35,114 nucleotides of DNA from a virus (Duplodnaviria > Caudoviricetes), in IMG/VR virus record IMGVR_UViG_3300032270_000224, positions 1 to 35,114 of that record; one strand, 5' to 3'. The notes under the pieces were generated by a model. That model made no database searches and was not told the origin of the DNA. It saw only the letters and a program-made list of their open reading frames with translations. Shown here one piece after another: positions 24,051 through 32,031 of this stretch (position 1 is its first letter; each line of letters starts with the position of its first letter). A program made the translations under genes and the position numbers.

Positions 24051-25294
24051 GCGCCTACTACAACGAGATAGACCCCTACGCAGCCCAGTGGCTGCGTAAC
24101 CTCATCAAGGAAGGATTGATTGCAGATGGCGAGGTCGATACCCGGTCAATTGTCGATGTTCAGCCTCTGGACCTTAGAGGCTTCACCCAGTGCCACTTCT
24201 TCGCCGGAATCGGCGGGTGGAGCCACGCCCTCCGCCTCGCCGGGTGGCCCGACGACCGGCCTGTGTGGACTGGCTCATGCCCCTGCCAGCCGTTCTCGGT
24301 CGCAGGCAAAGGCGCCGGAGTTGATGACGCCCGACACCTCTGGCCCCACTTCCACCGCCTCATTCAGGCATGCCGACCCCCTGTCGTCATGGGGGAGCAA
24401 GTTGCGGGAAAGGCTGGGTACGGATGGTTCGATGGAGTTCGAGCTGATCTGGAAGGAACTGGCTACTCCAGCCGGGCGGCAGATATTCCGGCTCTCGCGG
24501 TCAACGCCCCGCACATTCGCCAGCGGCTCTACTGGGTCGCATGCGACGTGGCCAACGCCAACGACGCGCGATTCCAAGGGACAGAGCGGCGCCGGTCGGC
24601 AGGAGCGGAAGGGGAACCCGCTGGACACCCTACCGAACGCGATAGCGGCGACATGGCCGACGCCTCGGACAACGGACCAAGCTTCGGGCCGCATCCTGAC
24701 GCCGGACGGACAGAGGACGAACGCCGCAGGGACGATGACCTTCGGAGCGAACATCTCGGATCTGGTTCATCTGTACGCGACATGGCCCACCCCCACCAAG
24801 GCGGACGGGGACGGCGGCCACGGGATGGGGACGGCGAGCGTGACGGGCAAACGGGAGAACGGGACGAAAATCACGGTCTCTTTGCCGGGTGTGGTGAAGA
24901 TCGTTGGGATTTGGCCGACTTGCACCAAAGCAGACAGTTGGAACCCATCGACAATGGAGAGCGCGCAGCGGGAGTGGGATCACAGCAACCTCCGGGGGAT
25001 AGCGGCAGTGACCACATGGCCAACGCCAACGTCTCAGGACTGCGCCAGAGGGGTGGGGACCATCCGCCCGCAGGACACGGGCATCCCGCTGCCCCAGAGG
25101 GTCGCTCAGGTCATTGGGACGACCACGTCTGGCTCGCCGGATCAGACGGCAAAGCCCGGCGCGTTGAACCCTCAATTCCCCTGCTGGCTCATGGGGTATC
25201 CAACCGAGTGGGACGCCTGCGCGCCTACGGCAACGCCATCGTCCCGCAAGTCGCGGCAGAAGTGATCAAAGCATTTATGGAGACCGAAGCATGA
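24047..25294 (+). CDS. C5 cytosine DNA methyltransferase (main/alpha frame)
   Basis: Motif I FFAGIGG, IV GSCPCQPFS, VI GEQV, VIII HIRQRLYWVA, X RLRAYGNAIVPQVA; the variable region is low-complexity. Confidence 0.9.
   Translation: MSAYYNEIDPYAAQWLRNLIKEGLIADGEVDTRSIVDVQPLDLRGFTQCHFFAGIGGWSHALRLAGWPDDRPVWTGSCPCQPFSVAGKGAGVDDARHLWPHFHRLIQACRPPVVMGEQVAGKAGYGWFDGVRADLEGTGYSSRAADIPALAVNAPHIRQRLYWVACDVANANDARFQGTERRRSAGAEGEPAGHPTERDSGDMADASDNGPSFGPHPDAGRTEDERRRDDDLRSEHLGSGSSVRDMAHPHQGGRGRRPRDGDGERDGQTGERDENHGLFAGCGEDRWDLADLHQSRQLEPIDNGERAAGVGSQQPPGDSGSDHMANANVSGLRQRGGDHPPAGHGHPAAPEGRSGHWDDHVWLAGSDGKARRVEPSIPLLAHGVSNRVGRLRAYGNAIVPQVAAEVIKAFMETEA
24126..25265 (+). CDS. Nested +1-frame ORF of the methyltransferase (putative beta chain) with five WPTP repeats
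   Basis: 379 sense codons fully inside the MTase gene; RBS AAGGAAGGA before ATG 24126; repeats TWPTPxxxD; C-terminal LNPQFPCWLMGYP (motif IX-like). Confidence 0.7.
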   Translation: MARSIPGQLSMFSLWTLEASPSATSSPESAGGATPSASPGGPTTGLCGLAHAPASRSRSQAKAPELMTPDTSGPTSTASFRHADPLSSWGSKLRERLGTDGSMEFELIWKELATPAGRQIFRLSRSTPRTFASGSTGSHATWPTPTTRDSKGQSGAGRQERKGNPLDTLPNAIAATWPTPRTTDQASGRILTPDGQRTNAAGTMTFGANISDLVHLYATWPTPTKADGDGGHGMGTASVTGKRENGTKITVSLPGVVKIVGIWPTCTKADSWNPSTMESAQREWDHSNLRGIAAVTTWPTPTSQDCARGVGTIRPQDTGIPLPQRVAQVIGTTTSGSPDQTAKPGALNPQFPCWLMGYPTEWDACAPTATPSSRKSRQK

Positions 25295-25509
25295 CACCCG
25301 CCGCCTTCAGGGAACTCACCAAAGACCTCGGCTTCACCACCGGCGACGTGGCCGTCCTGATGGGGGTGACGCGCCGGACGCCCCAGCTCTGGCTCACTGG
25401 CCACTCCCCCATCCCCCAGTCCGTCTCCATCTTGCTGCGGGCCATCAAGGACGGCCTGATCCCGCTGGAGTGGGTTGAGGATAGGATACTTGAGACACTC
25501 AAGGTATGA
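25291..25509 (+). CDS. HTH DNA-binding protein (XRE/Cro-like)
   Basis: LGFTTGDVAVLMGVTRRTPQLWLTG..PIP helix-turn-helix pattern; ATGA-coupled to the MTase. Confidence 0.8.
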   Translation: MTPAAFRELTKDLGFTTGDVAVLMGVTRRTPQLWLTGHSPIPQSVSILLRAIKDGLIPLEWVEDRILETLKV

Positions 25510-25555
25510 ACTAATCAAGATCGCCTGACGCCCGAGGGGGTGTGTCAGGCATAGG

Positions 25556-25592
25556 GGGCCGGGGGCTGGTTCAGCGTACCCCGGCCCTTTTT
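25556..25592 (+). terminator. Rho-independent terminator between convergent units
   Basis: GGGCCGGGG...CCCCGGCCC-TTTTT; a second hairpin GCCTGAC/GTCAGGC lies at 25523-25550. Confidence 0.75.
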
Positions 25593-25594
25593 CG

Positions 25595-25846
25595 TCAGTG
25601 GCGCATGTCCGGGAATGTCCAAATAGGCTTGACCTTGCGCCCAGCGGGCGTGAAGTAGGCCCGGCCCTCCTCCACAAGCTCATCCACGGCGTCCCACACG
25701 TCCTCCTCGGGATTCGAGAAGTGCATGGTGAGCCACGCCGTTTCAAATCCCCCCTCCCGCCACAGGAGGTTCCAGACCCGGTCGGCGAGGGTTTTTTCCT
25801 CCATTTGGAAGTCGGGGTCGAGAATGTCGTACTTGGTCTGGGTCAT
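25595..25846 (-). CDS. Small hypothetical protein (possible winged helix)
   Basis: Start ATG 25846 after AAGGAG; 83 aa; VWDAVDELVEEGRAY. Confidence 0.65.
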   Translation of the reverse strand: MTQTKYDILDPDFQMEEKTLADRVWNLLWREGGFETAWLTMHFSNPEEDVWDAVDELVEEGRAYFTPAGRKVKPIWTFPDMRH

Positions 25847-25851
25847 GCTTA

Positions 25852-26145
25852 TTACTCCTTTGGTCCTTCGGGCAGCGGCATCCAATGCGTCGGCTCGGGC
25901 AGGAACAGATCCTCGGTGTCGTGTGTTGAGCCCCACCGCTCGACAACGACGCACCAGTCCACGATCATGCACTCGGTCCCCCACCAGCCGAGGACGGGGG
26001 TGCCGTCCCTCGGCGCCGTCGCAATTGGGCGCCACGGGCTTCCAGCGTAGCGGCGCTCGTCCGCCACCATCTGGGTGAGGGCGGCGTACACCTCGCGCTC
26101 GGCGTCTTCGGGAATATCGGTTGGGATGATCTCACGCGGCGTCAT
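25852..26145 (-). CDS. DUF551-like phage protein
   Basis: WRPIATAPRDGTPVL...PTHWMPLPEGP signature; start ATG 26145. Confidence 0.75.
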   Translation of the reverse strand: MTPREIIPTDIPEDAEREVYAALTQMVADERRYAGSPWRPIATAPRDGTPVLGWWGTECMIVDWCVVVERWGSTHDTEDLFLPEPTHWMPLPEGPKE

Positions 26146-26458
26146 TAGCGACTTCCCTGATTTTGCTAAGTTCAAGTATGTCGTTAATTTTACTTTCAAT
26201 CAGTTCACACAACTCTGGCCTGTTGGCGCGCATGACCGAAAAATCTCTCCCAAAGAAAGACCCCTCCGCTATCTTGAATGAGAACCAATAGTTTGCCTTG
26301 TTCTTTGCCCGGCCATCCGCCGCGATCTTCAAATTCAAAAATCCCTTTTCGTGAAGCCTGTACAAGATCACCCAATTAACCTCTTCAAATTCACACCGTT
26401 CACCAAACGCCAACCAACCATTCTTTGGTTCCGAGTTGCCCTGCCATGTCTTTCCCAT
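26132..26458 (-). CDS. Hypothetical protein (AT-rich)
   Basis: Start ATG 26458 after GGAG; 108 aa; lower GC than flanks. Confidence 0.7.
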   Translation of the reverse strand: MGKTWQGNSEPKNGWLAFGERCEFEEVNWVILYRLHEKGFLNLKIAADGRAKNKANYWFSFKIAEGSFFGRDFSVMRANRPELCELIESKINDILELSKIREVANDAA

Positions 26459-26535
26459 TTTCAATCTCCGTGCTTGGCCTAGTTCCTAAACCCTATAGTA
26501 TTTGCCCCTCATCATCAACCCCTGCGCCCGCCGTT

Positions 26536-26756
26536 CGTACCGGTTCCAGCTCGCGGGCGTACCCGACCGTACCGGAACGTACTGCCCCCCCGTAAGGGGG
26601 GTGCAGTCTACCGTGCCCGGTACGTCCCGGTACGATCAGGTACGCCCTTGCGACCCTTTGCCCGTACCGTACCAAGGTACGCTAAAGTACGGTACGGTAC
26701 GCCGGTACGCCAACGTACCAACCGTACCAGTACGGTAAAAGTACGGTACGGTACGG
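26536..26756. repeat. GTAC iteron array with central hairpin; candidate replication origin
   Basis: 20 GTAC cores in ~220 bp, non-coding, directly downstream of the primase-helicase gene. Confidence 0.75.
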
Positions 26757-26769
26757 TTGAGCATAGCAA

Positions 26770-28779
26770 TTACCTTTTATCCTTCTCAAACATCATCGCC
26801 ATTGAATGAACATCGTTACTCACCACCCACCCATTACCAAAGGGGCTGATGATCTCCGCGATCAGAAGCGCCCCGATAAGCTGGTCAGCGGACCCCGGCT
26901 TGAGCTTCTTGTCCGCCGTGGCCTCGGTACACCCGTCTTCCATGAGCTTGGCCCGGAGCGCCGCGCGGGTGAGGTATGGCATGCCATTACGGTCCTCGGC
27001 CCCGGAGGCGTACCAAGCCGCCTCGAACTGCTTGCGCAGCGTGTCCACCTTGTTCTCCTTCTTGGGCGCCACGGGGGCCTCCACGAGGCTTACAACCGCG
27101 CTCGTGACGGGCTGCCCGTCCTCGTCGAGCCATCCGGGGATTGTGACCGAGGTCAGCTCCGCCCAGACGGGCTCGGCCAGCTCCGCGTCCTTGGACTTGC
27201 GCTGGACGATCTGGATCGGCCCACCATCCTTGCCGGGGACAATACTGATCTCGATGTCGAGGGCGCCCCGCCACGCGGATGACCCGCGCGCCCGGTGCTG
27301 GGCCTCGTCGCTGACGCCGGTGTGGTGGACGAGCAGGACTGAGCAGTTGAACTCCGCCATGAGGGCCCCGCAGGCGTCGAGCATGGTCTTTGCGTCTTGG
27401 GCGGAATTTTCGTCCCCCAAAAGAAATCTGTGGAGAGTATCGACGACGATGAGGCTGGGCCGCTTGGGCAGGGCCCGGACGTTGTCCACGACCCGCATGT
27501 AGCCTGCGGGGGTGTTGAGGTCGCACCCGTCGCGGGAGAGCCACATGGACAGGGGCCCGGCGCTGTTGTGGACCTTCCAAGCCGCCACGCGGCCCCGGAG
27601 GCCGTGGTGTCCCTCGCCCGCCAGATAGACCACCGTGCCCGGGCGGACCTTGAGGCTGGCCCACTCGGGGACGGCCCCGGCCATGCGCAGGCACCAGTCG
27701 AGGACGACGAAGGTTTTGCCGCCCCCGGAGGGGCCGTGGACCATGACGAGGGCCTTGTCCTGCACCCACCGCTTGACGAGCCACGAGATGGGCGCGGGCT
27801 GGGCGCAGAAGTCGTCAGCGGGGACGAGCCAGTCGTCCTTGGGCGGGGAGAGGAGGGCGGCAAGGTCGTGCCCGGCCTGAACATAGTCATTCGCGTCACC
27901 GGGCTCGGGGGGCATGACCATGCGGGCTCCGAACTTGGCCGAGGCCTGCTCGGCGTAACGCTGGCCGACGCCGGAGGCGTCATGGTCCGCCACGACGACG
28001 ATGTCTTGGGCGGCGCCGTGGATCTCGCGCAGGATCCCGGTGACGGGGACGAGGTTGGAGGCCGAGTAAGCGACGACGCAGGGGCGGTTTGTGACTTCGT
28101 GAATGGTCGCGGCGGTGGCGAAGCCCTCGGCGACGTAGAGGGTGCCGGGGTCATCGTTGGCCCCGACTTGCCAGAAGCGGGAGCCGGTCTGGGCGCCGGA
28201 GTGGTAGAGTTTGCCGCCGTCTGCGGCGATGTATTGGAGGGAAGAGAGATTGCCTTCTTGATCGTAGAGGGGAACAACGAGGCGCCCGTCACCAGTTACG
28301 CGGGCCCCGTGGGTCTTGATGCCCTTGGCCTTGAGGTATGGATGGTCTGGACTGGCGGCGCCGCAATCAACCCAGATCTTTTCGACCGTGTCGGTGGCTA
28401 TTTCCTGCTTCTTGGCCGCCTCGGCGTCGCGTAATGCTTTCGCCTCGGCCATGCGGCGGACGTGGGCCATTTCCTCGGTGTGGGTGAGCTTGCGGCCTAT
28501 ATCCGCCCGCCATGTGGACTCAATGCCTGACCGCCAGCACCCGAACCGACCGGCGGGGATGCCGTCGCCGAAGGCTAAATACCATCCCGGCTTGTCGCCA
28601 TGACCGCCCGATCCCTTGGTCCCGGAAATAAATCTGTGGACTTTACCGTCCAGCAAAATTTCTTTTGGCGGGGTCAGGCCCGCAGCCATGATCGCATCGC
28701 GGAGCTGATCCTCGGGGGGAAGTGTATTTTCTGATGGGGGGGACCATTCACCGCCAAATATGGAAGTCAGATCAGCCAT
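26770..28779 (-). CDS. Primase-helicase fusion (TOPRIM plus RepA-like AAA_25 helicase)
   Basis: HPYLKAKGI, LVVPLYD...SLQYI, VAEGFATA, VADHD, DAND (TOPRIM); HGPSGGGKT, LAGEG, IVVDTL, LVHHTG, RARGSSAW (helicase). Confidence 0.92.
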   Translation of the reverse strand: MADLTSIFGGEWSPPSENTLPPEDQLRDAIMAAGLTPPKEILLDGKVHRFISGTKGSGGHGDKPGWYLAFGDGIPAGRFGCWRSGIESTWRADIGRKLTHTEEMAHVRRMAEAKALRDAEAAKKQEIATDTVEKIWVDCGAASPDHPYLKAKGIKTHGARVTGDGRLVVPLYDQEGNLSSLQYIAADGGKLYHSGAQTGSRFWQVGANDDPGTLYVAEGFATAATIHEVTNRPCVVAYSASNLVPVTGILREIHGAAQDIVVVADHDASGVGQRYAEQASAKFGARMVMPPEPGDANDYVQAGHDLAALLSPPKDDWLVPADDFCAQPAPISWLVKRWVQDKALVMVHGPSGGGKTFVVLDWCLRMAGAVPEWASLKVRPGTVVYLAGEGHHGLRGRVAAWKVHNSAGPLSMWLSRDGCDLNTPAGYMRVVDNVRALPKRPSLIVVDTLHRFLLGDENSAQDAKTMLDACGALMAEFNCSVLLVHHTGVSDEAQHRARGSSAWRGALDIEISIVPGKDGGPIQIVQRKSKDAELAEPVWAELTSVTIPGWLDEDGQPVTSAVVSLVEAPVAPKKENKVDTLRKQFEAAWYASGAEDRNGMPYLTRAALRAKLMEDGCTEATADKKLKPGSADQLIGALLIAEIISPFGNGWVVSNDVHSMAMMFEKDKR

Positions 28780-28951
28780 TGTTCAAGCCTTCCAAATAAT
28801 TGCTCAAAGCCTTGAGGACTCTGTAGCTCGGGTTGGCGACCTTGTTATCCCGGACGCCCCTGATCGTATTGTAATGAATGTTCGTCGCCTCGGCGACCAT
28901 ACTGATTCGCCGGTCGCGTAGGGCAAGCCTGATCGCGTCTATTGTCATCAT
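28772..28951 (-). CDS. Cro-like HTH protein (59 aa)
   Basis: Not in the ORF track. MMTIDAIRLALRDRRISMVAEATNIHYNTIRGVRDNKVANPSYRVLKALSNYLEGLNNG; overlaps the primase start; first gene of the divergent unit. Confidence 0.8.
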   Translation of the reverse strand: MMTIDAIRLALRDRRISMVAEATNIHYNTIRGVRDNKVANPSYRVLKALSNYLEGLNNG

Positions 28952-28986
28952 TTTTCATTTCCCTGTGGGTTTTTGATATTCTGATG

Positions 28987-29051
28987 TTGCAAAGTGACAT
29001 GGGAGCCCCTAAGTTGCAAGTGTTGATCGACCGGATGGTCCGACCGATCAA
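28987..29051 (+). promoter_or_regulatory. Promoter and 5' hairpin of the recombination/replication operon
   Basis: -35 TTGCAA 28987-28992, 17 nt, -10 TAAGTT 29010-29015; direct repeat GTTGCAA(A)GTG; TTGATCG/CGATCAA hairpin before the AAGGAGG RBS. Confidence 0.6.
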
Positions 29052-29067
29052 GACAAAGGAGGCCACA

Positions 29068-29742
29068 TTGGCCATTTCCGTTAAGACGACCGGCAGCCTA
29101 TCTGCCAACGGCGTGAAGATGCTTGTCTACGGGCAAGCGGGCGCCGGTAAGACCAGCCTGATCCGCACACTGCCCGACCCCATCGTGCTGTCGGCGGAGG
29201 GCGGCCTGCTTTCCATTCAGGACGCGGACCTGCCCTATATTGAAATCGCCAGCATGGATGACCTCAAGGAGGCGTTCGAATGGATGTCCACACCGGAGGG
29301 CCTGAACTTCAAGAGCGTGGCGCTCGACAGCATCAGCGAGATAGCTGAAGTCGTCCTGAACCACGAGAAGAAGATCGCGAAAGACCCCCGGCAGGCATAC
29401 GGCGCCATGCAGGAGCAGATGGCCGACATCATCCGCGCCTTCCGCGACTTGCCCGGGCGCCACGTCTACATGAGCGCCAAGCTGGAGAAGTCCACGGACG
29501 AGATGGGGCGGATCCTGTACGCGCCGTCCATGCCCGGCAACAAGACGGGCCAGAGCCTTCCATACTTCTTTGACGAGGTGCTGGCGCTGCGGGTCGAGAA
29601 GGACGCGGACGGCAACACCCAGCGCGCCATCATGTGTGACTCGGACGGGCTCTGGCTGGCCAAGGACCGCTCGGGCAAGCTCGGCGCTTGGGAGGCCCCT
29701 GACCTCGGCGAGATCATTGCAAAGATAGGGGGTGCGGCATGA
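29068..29742 (+). CDS. Sak4-like / AAA_24 phage ATPase (ssDNA annealing)
   Basis: LVYGQAGAGKT, SAEGGL, VALDSISE, FDEV, AKDRSGKL; TTG start after AAGGAGG. Confidence 0.85.
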   Translation: MAISVKTTGSLSANGVKMLVYGQAGAGKTSLIRTLPDPIVLSAEGGLLSIQDADLPYIEIASMDDLKEAFEWMSTPEGLNFKSVALDSISEIAEVVLNHEKKIAKDPRQAYGAMQEQMADIIRAFRDLPGRHVYMSAKLEKSTDEMGRILYAPSMPGNKTGQSLPYFFDEVLALRVEKDADGNTQRAIMCDSDGLWLAKDRSGKLGAWEAPDLGEIIAKIGGAA

Positions 29743-30161
29743 GGCCGCAGCCTAAAAATCTTCAACAGCTTTCTTCGCAGTGGATTGAGGCGAAAGAGGC
29801 CGAGCGGGAGGCCACTGAAAAACGGCGTCTGATTGAAGATGAGATGATCCGTTTGTTGGAAGTGCAACCGAATGACGAACACACCCGCAAGGTGGAGGCT
29901 GATCCCTTCACCATCAAGATTGCCTGCCGCGTCAACCGCAAGGTTGATGGGGACTTGGCGCAAGAGATCGCGGCGGAACACGACATGCAGGACTATCTCG
30001 GCCTGTTGTTTCGTTGGAAGCCCGAACTCAGCAAGACCGCGTGGGACGGCGTTGGAGACAACGTGAAGCAAGTCTTCGCCCGCGCAATCACTGCAACCCC
30101 CGGGCGTCCTTCTTTCACGATCACGCTGGAATCCCCTATCTCAAACATGAAGGCAAAGTGA
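29739..30161 (+). CDS. Conserved hypothetical protein of the recombination module
   Basis: 140 aa; WIEAKEAER...LFRWKPEL...AITATPGRPSF; ATGA-coupled. Confidence 0.75.
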   Translation: MRPQPKNLQQLSSQWIEAKEAEREATEKRRLIEDEMIRLLEVQPNDEHTRKVEADPFTIKIACRVNRKVDGDLAQEIAAEHDMQDYLGLLFRWKPELSKTAWDGVGDNVKQVFARAITATPGRPSFTITLESPISNMKAK

Positions 30162-30162
30162 A

Positions 30163-30651
30163 ATGGCAACTCTTGGTGAAACTTTTGACGTCTCCTCCCT
30201 CCCGCAGGGCAACACTGGCAGCTATGACCCGCTGCCGCCCGGCTGGTACTCGGCCACGATGGCGAATGCTGAACTGAAGGCGACGAAGACTGGCACCGGC
30301 CAGTATATCGCCATCCGCTATGACATCACCGGCCCGACCCATCAGGGGCGCGTGGTGTTTGGCAACATCAACATCCGCAACCAATCCCCGAAGGCTGAGG
30401 AGATTGGGCGCCAGCAGCTTGGCGACATCTGCCGGGCGATTGGTCTGGCGAAGGTGAGCGACACTGACCAGCTTGTCGGCAACAGCCTGATGATTAAGTT
30501 GGACGTGGAGAGGTCGGCTGAGTACGGCGACAAGAACCAAGTGAAGGGTTTCAAGCCCATTGCTGGCGGTGCGCCTCCCCGCGTTGCGGCTCCTGTTGCG
30601 GCGGCGCCTGCCGCCACCACCAAGGCTGCGCCCCCTTGGGCGAAGAAGTAA
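30163..30651 (+). CDS. DUF669-like single-stranded DNA-binding protein
   Basis: YDPLPPGWY...GRVVF...ICRAIG...NQVKGF, Ala/Pro linker and PPW tail; lies next to the Sak4-like gene. Confidence 0.8.
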   Translation: MATLGETFDVSSLPQGNTGSYDPLPPGWYSATMANAELKATKTGTGQYIAIRYDITGPTHQGRVVFGNINIRNQSPKAEEIGRQQLGDICRAIGLAKVSDTDQLVGNSLMIKLDVERSAEYGDKNQVKGFKPIAGGAPPRVAAPVAAAPAATTKAAPPWAKK

Positions 30652-30658
30652 GGCTAAT

Positions 30659-30682
30659 GACCGGGGCGGAAGCGCCCCGGTC
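30659..30682 (+). terminator. GC-rich hairpin (weak terminator or stabiliser)
   Basis: GACCGGGGCG-GAAG-CGCCCCGGTC, 10-bp stem with a poor U-tract. Confidence 0.55.
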
Positions 30683-30703
30683 TATTCAACTCAGAAGGAG
30701 GGT

Positions 30704-31012
30704 ATGATGGATCTCAATATCTCACCGCGTCTAACTCTTGATTATGATCTTGTAAATTGCCCCTATTGTGGAGGAGGGAGTTTGCATCATTCAGTTGTAG
30801 ATGTTTTTGAAAGAGGGGAAGATGAGCCAGAACATACGAAGGTTCATGTAGATGGAAGTAATGTAATTATTTCCAGAGGCAAGAATGGAAATCCTTCTCT
30901 TAGGCGTGATGGTCTTAGCATTTTTTTCTGGTGTGAAACTTGCGAGAACCATCCAAAATTAAACATTTATCAGCATAAAGGCAGCACCTACATTCAGTGG
31001 GGGAATAAATGA
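30704..31012 (+). CDS. AT-rich zinc-ribbon-like protein
   Basis: CPYC...CETC; RBS AAGGAGG; much lower GC than flanks. Confidence 0.7.
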   Translation: MMDLNISPRLTLDYDLVNCPYCGGGSLHHSVVDVFERGEDEPEHTKVHVDGSNVIISRGKNGNPSLRRDGLSIFFWCETCENHPKLNIYQHKGSTYIQWGNK

Positions 31013-32031
31013 AAATTCCTGACCGCGAAAACACCATTGAGAACCTGATCGACAAGAGCCACGAGAACAGGCCCAGCAAGCCGCGCCCGCACATGGGCGC
31101 CTCGATGCTTGGGAGCGCCTGCGAGCGTTGGATGTGGCTTTCGTTTCGCTGGGCGGTGCAGCCAAAGTTTCCGGGACGCATCCTGCGCCTGTTTCGCCGG
31201 GGGCATCAGGAAGAAGAGAACATCATCAAAGACCTTCGCGCTATTGGCGTCATGGTGAAGCCTGTGAACACGCAGGACGGCGTTAATTTTGGATGCCACG
31301 TCTCTGGCAGCATCGACGCTGTCATTGAGGGCGGTGTGCCAGAAGCCCCGCACAAGCGGCACATCGGCGAGTTTAAGACGCACTCATTGAAATCATTTAA
31401 CGACGTGGAGGCGAAGGGTGTCCAAAAATCAAAGCCTGAACATTACGCTCAAATGCAGATCTACATGCACGGGACCGGGATTGACCGTGCGTTATATGTG
31501 GCGGTTTGCAAGGACAACGACCGCATCTACACCGAGCGGGTTCGGTATGACAAGGAGGTGGCGGAAAAGCTGGTCGCGCGTGGTCAACGTGTGGCGCTGT
31601 CTGAGCGCATGCCGCCGCCTATATCAACTGACCCGTCATGGTTTCAGTGTAAATTCTGCGATGCGCATTCTTTCTGCCACGAGACGCAGTTAACCCAGCA
31701 CGTCAATTGCAGGACATGCGCGCACTCGACGCCGACACCTAACAGCACATGGGTTTGCGAACGCCACGAGGCTGAGATTGCGATTGAGTACCAGTATCAG
31801 GGGTGCGAGGCGCATACGCTGCATCCTGATCTTGTGCCGTGGCACATGTTTGACGGTAGCGACTGGATCGCGGTTTACGAAGTTAACGGGAAGAAAGTCA
31901 GGAATGGCGAGGGTGAAACCAGCAGCCAAGAACTGATCGACAACGCCGAAGGCTGCACGAAGCCTATTGTTGAGAAGGTGAAGAATATATGGCCCGGCGC
32001 CAAGGTGGTGAAATATGACCCAACTTCGTGA
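31009..32031 (+). CDS. Cas4-like PD-(D/E)XK exonuclease
   Basis: GASMLGSACER, GH..EE, SGSID, EFKT, HYAQMQIYM, CKFC...C...CRTC cysteine cluster. Confidence 0.85.
   Translation: MKIPDRENTIENLIDKSHENRPSKPRPHMGASMLGSACERWMWLSFRWAVQPKFPGRILRLFRRGHQEEENIIKDLRAIGVMVKPVNTQDGVNFGCHVSGSIDAVIEGGVPEAPHKRHIGEFKTHSLKSFNDVEAKGVQKSKPEHYAQMQIYMHGTGIDRALYVAVCKDNDRIYTERVRYDKEVAEKLVARGQRVALSERMPPPISTDPSWFQCKFCDAHSFCHETQLTQHVNCRTCAHSTPTPNSTWVCERHEAEIAIEYQYQGCEAHTLHPDLVPWHMFDGSDWIAVYEVNGKKVRNGEGETSSQELIDNAEGCTKPIVEKVKNIWPGAKVVKYDPTS

Noticed and set aside
26493-26738. ORFs 26493..26675 and 26502..26738
   Set aside because: Translations simply reflect the GTAC repeats; no RBS.
29700-29742. C-terminal AA degron on the Sak4-like protein
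   Set aside because: Explained by the overlapping RBS/ATGA of the next gene.
31009-32031. Cas4 as evidence of a CRISPR system
   Set aside because: Stand-alone Cas4-like nuclease in a standard Sak4/SSB/helicase module; no array.
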